This document shows positions 13,345 through 24,556 of a stretch of DNA of 64,000 bases, one piece after another. This DNA is from Mytilus edulis (Eukaryota). Location: NCBI RefSeq assembly GCF_963676685.1, contig NC_092354.1, forward strand, positions 23,188,001 to 23,252,000. The letters are read 5' to 3'. Under the pieces are notes generated by a model. That model did not search any database. It worked only from the letters and a program-made list of their open reading frames with translations, and was not told the DNA's origin. Every line of letters starts with the position of its first letter. The stretch's first letter is position 1. Position numbers and translations under genes: made by a program.

Positions 13345-15248
13345 ATGGCAGGACGTCACGTAATTTTGTCATTGGGACTATTATTGATGTATATTAATGC
13401 CACCTTCGTATTGTCAAAGGAAGAGAAATCATGTGTCCGTGGCTTTCGAGTCTGCAATAAAGTGTCCGAAACCATGCTGAGATGTGGAAGGGGTGCGAGA
13501 TGCATCACAGTGTACGACCCCACCACCATTGTGATATGCCAGTCCCCATCAACAGTAGTACGGGTTGGGTCAGGGGCTGGCATAAGCATCAATGGGTGCA
13601 AAGTTGAAGGTAAGATTTATTATGAATCTCTGTCTAAATATATATATTGTATCTTTTGATGTCTTTAATCATTCCCCCCCCTTTTTTTTCCCCTTTCTGT
13701 TTATTGCATATAGACACAAAAGTATATTTATTTCTCAAAGTATCTTCGAAACCACTGTTAAATTACAACTAAATACTTAAACGTATGCCCAGAAAATTAT
13801 ACAAAAATATTTATTTTAATTTATTGTCAAATTTACCAACAAAATTCGTTTTACGAACGAGTGTATCCAACTAATAAATTTCATTTGTCATAAAAACGAT
13901 GATAGAAAATGTCCCAGTCGTAGGTAAACAATTAAAAGTTTTAACAACATCCAAGAAGTGATGACAGCTTATATCAACATCTAAATGAATTTTGAGATGA
14001 CCCCTTTCCGATAAACTTCCGAAGTGTTTAGAGGAGTGGTAAGGGATTTTTATATTTAAATTTTAATTTTTTATTCCTGATTGCAACTATACAAACAAGC
14101 TACATAAAAAAACACCTATGATTTGAATATGATACCAGCTAGATTCATAATAAAGAAGCTGTATTTATAAATTGAATATGATACAAGCCTTTATATACAT
14201 ACAAATTGTTTTGAAACGGCTCCTTGATTTTATTAGAAACATCCGGTTCGTAAAAACAAGTGGAATGTAAAGTTAATTCTTACACTTTTCTTAAAACAGT
14301 TCTGGGAAAGAAGACAGGTGTGGAGAGAGAAGAGGAGATTATTATGAAGAACACAGAAGAAAGCGCAGAGACTGGGGAGGAAGCAAAAGAAAAGGCCACA
14401 TTTGCCTTCAGGTGGTCTGTGGCAACCCCACCTCCATGTGAGGAGAAAGAGACCATCCTTGGTATGTTCATAATAAAGAAAGAATAAAAAAATGTGAAAA
14501 GCAAGAACATATACATCCCCTCATCTACAACCATGTTATAAAAAAATATATATTTCCCTCTACAATTTTATAATCATGTAGGAAAATCCTTTGTTATATG
14601 TGAGACTTTATTATAAAAATTAAGAAAGATGTAGACTTTAGAGATGAGGGTTACTTGTGTTACTACAAATGCATTGGATGTTGAAGACAAGACTACTTCA
14701 AGTTTTTACATGTTTACAGTGCCCTCCTGTTATTAAATGAATTAATGCACATCTGTAAAAGTCTCTGATCTAGAAGTAAGTCTTTTATCAGAGACATATA
14801 TATGCCTCTAACTTTATATAGATATATCAAATGTATATGAAAATGTGGTATGAGTGCCAATGAGACAACTCTCCATCAAGTTACCATTTTTATAAAAGTA
14901 AACTGTAATAGGTCAAGGTACAGCCTTCAACACGGAGCATTCGTAATCAAATATCAGAACAAAAAAAACTTATTACACATTAGAGAGTAAAACGTTCATG
15001 AGAAAAAAGTTGAAAATCATACACAGTGTTTTTATTTTTAACACATAAAACTATCGAGTTACTCTTATCATAAATATTTTTTTCCAGATAAACTCATCAG
15101 TGCAGTGGCTGGAATTACACTCACTGTGGTAACCATTCTGGTGATCAGAGTGGTCAAGAGGAGGCAAAAGGTGGCCAGGAGAAGGGTCTCACTGAGAACA
15201 CCCCACAGACCCATCATGAGGAGGTGGACCTCCACACCAAACTTGTGA
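13345..15248 (+). CDS. Predicted 3-exon type I membrane protein, 195 aa (signal peptide, 6-Cys ectodomain, acidic stalk, TM helix, basic tail)
   Basis: Exons 13345-13609, 14300-14461, 15088-15248; two phase-1 GT-AG introns give one frame. N-terminal MAGRHVILSLGLLLMYINATFVLS; TM LISAVAGITLTVVTILVIRVV followed by KRRQK. Confidence 0.75.
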
Positions 15249-17226
15249 TTTTTTATGTTAAATGTAATGTAAATATATTTAGACTTAAAATTTAAATTAT
15301 ATCTGTGGTTTTTTTTAACAAACTCTTTTGTGAAATGCAATTAAATAAAGGATTTCTCATATTATTATACTAATGACTGGGTCATTGCATGCAATAGGTA
15401 CTAATGACTGGGTCATTGCATGCAATACCTATAAAAAAAATTTAATCACAATCATGCCCCCCTTGTATAAAAGTAATAATTTTAAAAAGGGGGAGACTAT
15501 CATTTTGGGATTACTTCCCTTGGTACAGTATCTATTAATATTTTCAAATATATTGGTATTCAAATTTTGATAAAATAAAACATAATAAAAACATTTTAAA
15601 TATGTATAAATATAAGGGTTAAATGTATGTATATACACTTTTCTTTATATCTTTTTTATATCTTCAATCAAAATTGTTATTACAACCACAGATATAATTT
15701 CAATATAGTGTAGAATAGTTTTTTGTATGTACATATTTGTGTGTGTGTGTGTGTGTGTGTGTGGTTTTAAGTTAAAACATTTGTTTAGGGTTACATTTAT
15801 AAAGATTAGATGTGGTATGATTGCTAATGAGGGAGCTATCCACCAAGTGAAAGGATCCGACATGTAACTATTGATCAACATATTGTACTGTCTTGAACAC
15901 TGAGCAAATTACAATTTCAATGTATAGAACATCCTTTAATGTTTTTAATTTGATTATTATTAATTTCAAATATTTAAGTAGAAAACAACTGGATTTTTTT
16001 TTATTATTTTACCAAATATTTTCACACGGGTTTAAATAATATTGATACAATTGAACCACTTTTTTACTGTTTTTTTTTAGAAAGTAAACATTGATATCCA
16101 TTGAAAAAAAGTCCTTCAAATAAATTTTACAGAAAATAATATAAACAATTTTACTCTGTCATAATGTGACCTTGAATAAACATTTTATCTGTGTGTAATA
16201 ATGTTGTTTTTATTTTGTGGTAAATGTTTATTTTATTTCATGATTAGAAGCTTTTTTTTTAATGTATGAATAAAACAGTATCTGGGTGTACCTATTTTTT
16301 TATGATTAGTTTAGTTAGTATTATATGATGTTATGCTTTGTTATGAATGATTCAGTACCAGGTGTACTTTTTGTGTTTTATAAATGTTATTGTAGTTGTA
16401 TTTGTTGTATTATCACATGTTTTATTTAAATGGTTAAAGGAAAGTATTAATGTGTCAAACATGTGGGGAGGGAGAGATAACTTTGTTTTTCACGGGGGGG
16501 GGGGGGGGGGGGGTGATTCTTTTAGTAATGTAAAAATCTGAATTTTTTTTTACTTATTCAATTTTGATTACTTATTTTTTTAACAATAAATAAATATAAA
16601 AAAGCATAACCCATGTTTTTTTTCTCTCTCGCTTATTTCTTATTAAAATATTCTAACATATTAATTTATCTTTACACGACTTAGTTATTTTCTTTATTTT
16701 TTTTTCTTAATTAGACAGTACTGATAAATTTTCATTTTGAGTCTTTGTAATGTATTTTTTGTATTTGTTATATGTAATAAACATATTTTTGAATGTACAA
16801 ATTGTGATTATTTCTTCTTTATTTGTAAATGAGCAATAGCTTTTTAAATTAGATTTTTCTTCTTTACCTGGTGGAAACAGCTGGTTTGTTTGCTGATTTG
16901 ACGAAAAGAAAATATTGATAAGTGGGGGGGTAGGGCTAATGAAACAGTAGTTCTAAAGAATTGTTTACGAACATCTTATCATACAAGACAGAAGACTGGA
17001 TCTGGGTATTGCAGTGAGACATTAAATACCAATGAAAAAAAATCTTACAGCTTTATCAAAACAATAACATGATTCCAACGTAAGCAACTCTCACCAAAAA
17101 AAAACATATACACATACACACCCACACTAACAAAACATGCATTGCTTCATTCCTGAACCTTAAAATGAATGGTTATTGGTAAAAATCTGGAAGCCAGTAC
17201 TGAGTTCCTTATCGTCATAATAACAG

Positions 17227-20200
17227 ATGTTTCTCCAAACTTGTGTTTTTGTGCCAATGAAGAAGGTAGGTTATGATGATGGTTCAACTTCAAATGTCTA
17301 TCTAGGTTTAAAACCTGTATCCTATTTTCAGATGAACGACTGCCCAGTCTTAGAGGATATCATAAATTGTTTTACTTCGATTGATCAATTATTGACGTTT
17401 GCTCACGCCTATGGAATGAATGATGACCCTTACGTAATTTCCAGATTAAACCATTTAAGGAGGCAAGCAAACCCATCGCATTTTCAGTGTTCAATATGCG
17501 ACGAGGTGTCTAGTACACAAGTAAAGTACGAATTACACGCACTTGAGCACGATATAATAACGGAATTCAACATGGGCCTATTTGATTATCCACATTCTAG
17601 TTCTAACCATATGGATACTAATTCAGGAAATTCCTTTACACGGAAAACGATAAAAAGAAGTCGGAATGAAAAAAACACCGATTGTTCATACTCAACAACA
17701 AGAAACACCGACACTGATGTGCCCATGTACAAAAAATCTCGTGTATCATCCCAAAATCAAGCAATCTCTACACATCAGTTTGGGGCGGGCATTGAGAGTG
17801 AACCTGCATACACATTTAGCCAAATAAAAGAGCGAACATACGCTAAAACTGGAGCCATTGACAAGACTTTTCAGGCCAAATTTACCAGTCAATTGCACGA
17901 CAAGAAATTGTCAGACATAACAGAAGACCTACATGGTTTGTTCGACGATATCCTGGATACAGTACGTCAAGATTCAGATGCCAATAGTCTCGCTCGTGTG
18001 ATCATAGAACACAACGGCTTGACTGATCCGATTGTAGTCTCTCTACGTGAACTGAACAAAATGGACTCATCAATAGTGATGGACGAAATAAGCAAGGTGT
18101 TACAAAGTAACGAAGAACTACCTGTTGACGACAGTTGTACGATTACAGTGGGTCGAATAGATATTCCATCGGGAGGCGGGCGACTCCGTATCACCAAATT
18201 GACGGGGGAAAACAACAGTCTAATGAGAAAACGTTCTATTGTGAACATACCCAGTACGACTATGTGCATGCCGATGGCTATAGTCGTGTGTTTTCTGAAA
18301 ACATGTCGACTAGTTTCCCCCGTAGAATGGCGTCTTCTTACAGAGGGAGACTCTAGTTCCATGCCAGATAAAGTTTTGAAGCACAAATGTCACCCGCATT
18401 GGTATTATAAACACGTTGTAGAAAAGGGGAGGAAAGAATGTACTTTATTTTCTAGACGTCTTTGTGAATTGGTTGGAGTGAGTACAGAAAAACCGTGTAA
18501 TATCAATGAAATAGAGCTTTTTGAAAGACTGTTAAACATACAAATTCTTGTTATTTCAGCTAAATTAGGGAATAAATTCATTCGAGTCGGGGAAAACGAT
18601 TCACTGCGCAAAAAAGTGTTTCTCTATCTGGTTGAACAAGATGATTTCCAACATTTTACAGCTATTGTTAGTCTCACGGGCTTCTTTTCCTGCAATTATT
18701 TCTGTAGTACATGCTTAAAACCGTACAACAATAGAGACCAGCATTCGTGTGAAACAACATGTACTGTCTGCTGCAGCTCGGACTGTATAAACACGTCCAG
18801 TATAATGTCTTGTCGTACATGCAACAGGATTTGCAGATCACTGGAATGCTTTCGAAAACACGTAGAGAAAAAACAAACACGAAAAGGAGGATTATTACAT
18901 TCGGAATGCGACAAACGATATCAATGTAAAATATGCAAAAAAATACTAGTTTGGGACGATCGTTCTCCCGCCATTCACCAATGTGGGGAATGGAAATGTC
19001 CTTGCTGCAACGAATATTACACGGGAGAACACCTGTGTTATCAGAGAAGAATTACCAAGGAACTTACCGATAATGTTATGATTTTTTTCGACACCGAAAC
19101 GAAGCAGGATACATTATTACAGTGCGAAAACGGCTACCAACCTACAAATACAAGGTGTGAAAATTGTACGGGCAAAGGTAAAAAATGTGAAAAATGTAAA
19201 CTGTGTCAGACATGTAGCAAATCTTGGTGTGGTTCTAGCGAACACACAGTAAACTTTATTTGTATGCAGACGGCTTGTGACCTCTGTAAAGATAAGCCAA
19301 TACTACACAATACTAAATGTTCGTATTGTGGTGTTCGTTGTCCGCTTTGTTCTCAACGTGATAAGAAAGTTTTCAAAGGCGGACCTTGTGCTAACACTTG
19401 TGGGTTTCGAATGAAACTGTTCAAAGGTAGTACCGCAACGGCCGAATTCTGCAGAACAGTATTTTCTGACCAATATAAAAATGGGATTGTCCTCAGTCAC
19501 AACGGAAGTGGTTACGATAACTATTTTCTTCTTGAATGGTTACTCTCCAACTCCATCCGTCCAGAAATAATTTTCAACGGGAGTAAAATTATGTACATGT
19601 TAGTGCAACGTGGATTGAACATCAAGGTGTTGGACTCCTTAAACTTTCTTCCAATGAAACTTTCGAAAATTCCTAAAGCGTTTGGATTGACGGAATTGAA
19701 AAAAGGCTATTTTCCCCATTTTTTCAACAGAGAGGAAAATCAAAATTACGTTGGTTCCTACCCTCCCACCAGGTATTATGGAGCCGATTACATGAATACA
19801 TCAGACAGAGAAAACTTTTTAACTTGGCACAAGTCACGCCAAAATGAAATTTTCGACTTTGCAAAAGAAATGGAGGCGTATTGTGTTAGTGACACGACAA
19901 TTTTGAGAGAAGGTCTATTGAAATTCAGAAATCTAATGTTACAAGTCACTGGAACAGAAACCGAGATCACCGATCCCGAAACCGGACATGTAAAAATAAC
20001 GTATCCAGGCGGGGTAGATCCACTTGATTACGTTACAATAGCCAGTGTATGCATGGGAATATACAAATCGAAGTTTTTAACCGAGGACTATGACATACAA
20101 GTAACTACTCTCACTGCAGACCATGTCGAATGGAAACGTATGAAACCTACAGAAGAGGGGTTCGACGTGTGGCATGATGGTAATTGGTATTCGTCCAATA

Positions 20201-22381
20201 CCTATTTATCTGAAAACCCTCAACATAGATTCGGAAAAAGAAAATTCGTCAAGAGCCCCCTCGCACATGTACCTTCTGAGGGATATACCAGAAGATACAA
20301 TCACAGTAAAATATCGATTGCTTGGTTGGAATGGGTCAAGAAACAGAACAAGATTCATATACAACACGCTCTGAATGGAGGTGAATTCAAGATACCAGGG
20401 ACGAATTATCACACCGATGGTTACTGTCGGGAGACCAATACAGTGTACGAATTTTTAGGGTGAGTTTGTGAATGAAGTTGTGCCTTAAAATATTCTTAAA
20501 AATTTGGTCGCCGCCGCCGCCGCCCGCCCTCCGCACGCGCGCGTAATCAATTACGCGTATTCCATCATATGTTATAAGTTACGCGTTATTCATGACGCGT
20601 TCTAAGTTACGCGTAGTGCAGAACGTATTCATTTACGGGTATAAATATTTCATGGTACCGAAAACGTGTGTTAATTTCATAAAAAGTTCGGTAAAATGTT
20701 TTGCTGTTGGTGTACCATATTGCATACTCATGTGTGTCATTGCATGCTCAAACGTTCATGGTATTGTTCAATTTTCTTTTTTTTTTACAGTTGCTGTTTT
20801 CATGGTTGTCGTGTATGCTACCCAAAAGATAGATCGGAAACGAAACATCCACTTACTAAACAATCCATGGAGGAGTTATATGTTGTCACAAAAAAGAGAG
20901 AGTCAACTATTCGAGATCTTGGATACAGATATCGTCATATATGGGACCATGAATTTAGACAAGATATTGACAAAAAAGACGATCTTAAAACGTTCATTGA
21001 TAATTTGGATTTGGTGGAGAGAATTTCGGAGAGGGAAGCATTCATGGGCGGAAGATGCGACGGGACGAAAATGTACTGCAAAGCAGATATTGGAGAAAAG
21101 ATTAAATATGTAGACTTTACATCCCTGTATCCATGGACTAATAAATATTCTCGATATCCTGTTGGTCATCCCGAAATCATAACGAACGATTTCAAAGACA
21201 TACATAATTACTTTGGACTGTGTAAATTGAAAATACTGCCACCAAGAGGACTTTACCACCCTGTATTACCATATCGATGCAACAAGAAACTCACTTTTCC
21301 TCTCTGCAGGACTTGTGTAGAAGCGGAAAACAGAAGTACATGCACGTGTTCAGAGGAAGCGCGAGCATTCATCGGTACTTATGCTACACCCGAGGTGTTT
21401 TTAGCCGTTAAAAAAGGATATAAAATTATAAAGATTTATGAGATATGGCATTTCCCTGAAACTACAAAATATGACAAAGAAACGAAATCCGGGGGTCTGT
21501 TTTCAGACTATGTGCAATTGTTTCTCAAGATAAAACAGGAGAGTTCCGGATTTCCAAAAGATTGCAAAACAGAATTAGAAAAGCAAGAATACATTCGACT
21601 CTATAGAGAAAACGAAGGCATACATCTTGACTATGATAACATCAAAGAAAACCCCGGTTTGAGAAGTTTGGCGAAGTTATGTCTTAACAGTTTTTGGGGA
21701 AAATTTGGCCAGAGACTGATCCTAAAGAGGCATTCATACTTCCACGAAACGGAATGTGACAAATTCTTTCAGGTGTTGTCAGATCCGACGAAAATGGTAG
21801 AAAACTTTCACATAGTTTCGAACGATACCATACAATTAGAATGGTCACAAAACTCACTATTTCCACCTGTGGATGTAAAAACGAACATTTTCATTGCAAT
21901 ATTCACCACAATGTGGGCACGGTTAAAACTGTACTCGGTGTTAGACTTAGTCGGTAGTGAATGTTTATATTACGATACCGACAGCTGTGTGTATTTGTCT
22001 CGTAAAGACACAAAAGAGCCAACACTTGGAAATTACCTTGGCGAACTGACGTCCGAAATATCACCAGAGGAAGGTCACATTGTGGAATTTGTATGTGGAG
22101 GCCCTAAGAACTATGCATACAGAACTTTAAGTACAGAAACATGCAAGGTGAAAGGTTTTACTCTGAATTTTACGAATTCAAACATAGTGAATTTCGATGC
22201 TATTAAAAGCATGATTTCTCGTGATAGGAGTGTGCATAAAACACTGACTAACCCAAGCAAAATCACCCGCCTTGCAACGCACAGAAAAATATATAGTCGA
22301 GAGGAAAACAAAAAGTACTGTATCACATACAATAAACGAGTTTTACTAGACAATTACGACACCATTCCTTACGGATATTGA
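17227..22381 (+). CDS. polB: Protein-primed family B DNA polymerase polyprotein (~1607 aa spliced), two exons 17227-20459 and 20791-22381
   Basis: ExoI FFDTET, ExoII HNGSGYD, ExoIII YCVSD, LDSLNF, KGYFP, motif A YVDFTSLYP, motif B KLCLNSFWGKFGQ, motif C YYDTDS. Splicing restores the YEFLG|CCFHGC..C motif. The true start may be a downstream ATG (e.g. 17332). Confidence 0.95.
20460..20790 (+). other. 331-nt phase-2 spliceosomal intron in pPolB containing a CpG-rich ACGCGT array
   Basis: Donor GG|gtgagt, acceptor ttttctttttttttttacag|T; removal joins the two pPolB ORFs in frame. Confidence 0.9.
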
Positions 22382-22453
22382 TTAAAGAGAGACATTTTTG
22401 TTTTACCACAATTTATTGAGAAATGTAGATAGTGTTTGTCAAAACAAATAAAT

Positions 22454-22978
22454 TCAATATTTTAACCAGTGTTTCTTTTCGTTCGTATTTCGCATGCCGG
22501 GTACAACGTCACGCCTTCCTCCTCTTCTCTTAACGAACAGTCCACCTGATTGTTTGAATTGACACTTTCTTTTTCCTGTTATTAACCTTTTAGGTACATG
22601 TAGTTTTTCTAAAATGTCTTTGAACGTTTTGTCACCAATTGGCGTGTTTTCCCCAGGACACACAGAATGGCGAATGAGATCAATAATGTGTGACCCCTTA
22701 ATGCATTCTCCATTAACGACCAATTCACCTTGCCCGTTATGACTCAGCTCGTTTTGATCTTGAGCCACAATGAACTTGTAAAGTTCCACAGCACGTTTGT
22801 TCATCCTTTTAGGTATAGAATGTACTATCATTGACAGCAACGTACTATCGTTTTTTTCCCCTTCGTTGGTATCTTGATCCATTTTTTTCCCATCTGTGTC
22901 TTTCTTGTTCGTTAGGGATGTCTGTTTCCTTAAACGATCATAGCGTTCCTTTGATATCAGCATGAGTTCCTGGGCCAT
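22454..22978 (-). CDS. Conserved Maverick hypothetical protein (probable start MAQELMLISKERY)
   Basis: GELVVNGECIKGSHIIDL and PIG..F..L..LHVP motifs resemble a recurrent Polinton ORF; QSGG motif and basic C-terminus; its ATG overlaps the upstream stop (TAATG). Confidence 0.7.
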   Translation of the reverse strand: MAQELMLISKERYDRLRKQTSLTNKKDTDGKKMDQDTNEGEKNDSTLLSMIVHSIPKRMNKRAVELYKFIVAQDQNELSHNGQGELVVNGECIKGSHIIDLIRHSVCPGENTPIGDKTFKDILEKLHVPKRLITGKRKCQFKQSGGLFVKRRGGRRDVVPGMRNTNEKKHWLKY

Positions 22979-23244
22979 TACTGTTCGTTCACCAGGGGCA
23001 AAATTGGTTTGATCAAGAGTGCTATCAGAATCGGATGTCTCACCAAAATATTCCTTTTTCGCCTGTGTGCAATCGATCGGGAACACAGGGCACGAATGTT
23101 CAACTGGTAAGGTCGGAGTTTTCTTATATGATGAGGACTCATATGCAAAACACCTCTGTAAATATTCAATGCTATTTCCGATAAAATATCGATTTGCTCA
23201 TTCGTTGCAGACTGAATCAACACTACGTTGTCGGGATTCGGCAT
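22978..23244 (-). CDS. Small basic Maverick protein (core/membrane-lytic-type candidate), 88 aa
   Basis: ILSEIALNIYRG...L..Y...IRAL...RRKRNIL followed by hydrophobic ILIALLIKPIL; typical ORF beside the Polinton ATPase. Confidence 0.7.
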   Translation of the reverse strand: MPNPDNVVLIQSATNEQIDILSEIALNIYRGVLHMSPHHIRKLRPYQLNIRALCSRSIAHRRKRNILVRHPILIALLIKPILPLVNEQ

Positions 23245-23337
23245 GATACAAAAAAATAAGAAATGTACTGTATGATCTGATTCTGAGTGACATTTTCTAA
23301 CGTAATGATGTCATGTGGTAGTGTTCTCTACTTTTAT

Positions 23338-24006
23338 TCACTTTGGTGTATACACTACTGTGACGTCATCAGATGGGAAGATCGACGTTCGTAACCGATA
23401 CCTTTTATCCGTATACGGTGATAAGTCACATATGAGATATCCACCAATTGAAACAGAGCTAATAGCTTTTTCGTACGCCTCTTTGAAATAATTCACTTCA
23501 CCTGGAAAAGCCTGACTTGCAAAGGCAAGGAGTTGTTTTTTATCCCTGTTATTAGCCATCAGGACGAATATATGAATATTTAAACTTATGGATCTAAAAT
23601 GTGTTCCTTTTTCAAACAGGTTTTGTGTGATGTAAATCACAGAACAGTTTCGATGGTGCGATAGAACCGTAACCAGATGTAAAGCGTCGTCGCTTTTGCT
23701 TATTAATCTCATCATGTCATCAAGAACAATGACCGTGTGCTTCTCAGGGTTTGTCCATTCAATGAGATCACTTCGAGATGGTAACCCCTCGTGCAAGTCG
23801 AAATTGGGTATTGTATTTTCAGCTTGTTCTAAAGTAGGTGGAAACTCAGTATAACAATAGACGATTCTCACCGGAGGTATCTTGAACATGGTTGATGAAT
23901 GTTTTAGTAGTTTCATAACAAAAGTTGTTTTCCCACTTTGCGTTGCACCCGATACCATACAAGTGCATGGACTTTGGAAAGGTAGAAGCGTTGTCGACGT
24001 TTCCAT
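23338..24006 (-). CDS. FtsK/HerA (A32-like) genome packaging ATPase
   Basis: Walker A GATQSGKTT, Walker B VIVLDD, SHHRNCSVIYITQN motif, RSISLN. Confidence 0.95.
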   Translation of the reverse strand: METSTTLLPFQSPCTCMVSGATQSGKTTFVMKLLKHSSTMFKIPPVRIVYCYTEFPPTLEQAENTIPNFDLHEGLPSRSDLIEWTNPEKHTVIVLDDMMRLISKSDDALHLVTVLSHHRNCSVIYITQNLFEKGTHFRSISLNIHIFVLMANNRDKKQLLAFASQAFPGEVNYFKEAYEKAISSVSIGGYLICDLSPYTDKRYRLRTSIFPSDDVTVVYTPK

Positions 24007-24085
24007 GACGGTGTCTAAAGTATGTGTGCGAGGATAGGTTTGAGGAGAGACAATTAAATACTGTGAAAAATGACTCTATATTTTA

Positions 24086-24556
24086 TTAACAAAAACTAAA
24101 ATACGTATTAACAAAATTAAGAACAATACGGTCGTTAACATCATCATCTGAATGAAAAAAACATGCAATATCTTCTAATGAATAATTTAAACATACAATC
24201 AACATTAAAAAAGTTAAAACAAACAAACCACAGTGAGAAGAGTTCTTCGACTGCACTTGAACATTAAAACATTCGTACTTTCTCACGTTAGAGTTCAAAA
24301 AGAGATTTAATTCTTCACCATAATATTCTGGCGGGTTCCCGAAACTATCAAAAAACATCCCTTCAGATTTGTTCTTGAACACGATGCCTAACCAATGTTC
24401 TCCTGGTCGATCGGCGCTGTCGCTGTTAACGATATAGGCACTAGGGTACTGTGTCATATCATCCGTTGGTAAGCTGTTTCTAGCATACACTCCTTTCACT
24501 AAATTTTGTAAACACGGATTTGATCTGATGGCACATTCTAACTCGTATCCATTCAT
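24086..24556 (-). CDS. Adenain-like cysteine maturation protease
   Basis: GEHW (His), FFDSFG (Asp), QVQ...HCG (Gln/Cys); catalytic residues intact. Confidence 0.95.
   Translation of the reverse strand: MNGYELECAIRSNPCLQNLVKGVYARNSLPTDDMTQYPSAYIVNSDSADRPGEHWLGIVFKNKSEGMFFDSFGNPPEYYGEELNLFLNSNVRKYECFNVQVQSKNSSHCGLFVLTFLMLIVCLNYSLEDIACFFHSDDDVNDRIVLNFVNTYFSFC

Noticed and set aside
15645-16541. Short ORFs in the Maverick left arm
   Set aside because: Derived from (TG)n, poly-G and AT-rich sequence; no consistent exon chain could be built.
20592-21259. ORFs 20592-21113 (+) and 20903-21259 (-)
   Set aside because: Alternative-frame or antisense shadows of pPolB exon 2 and its intron; no motifs.
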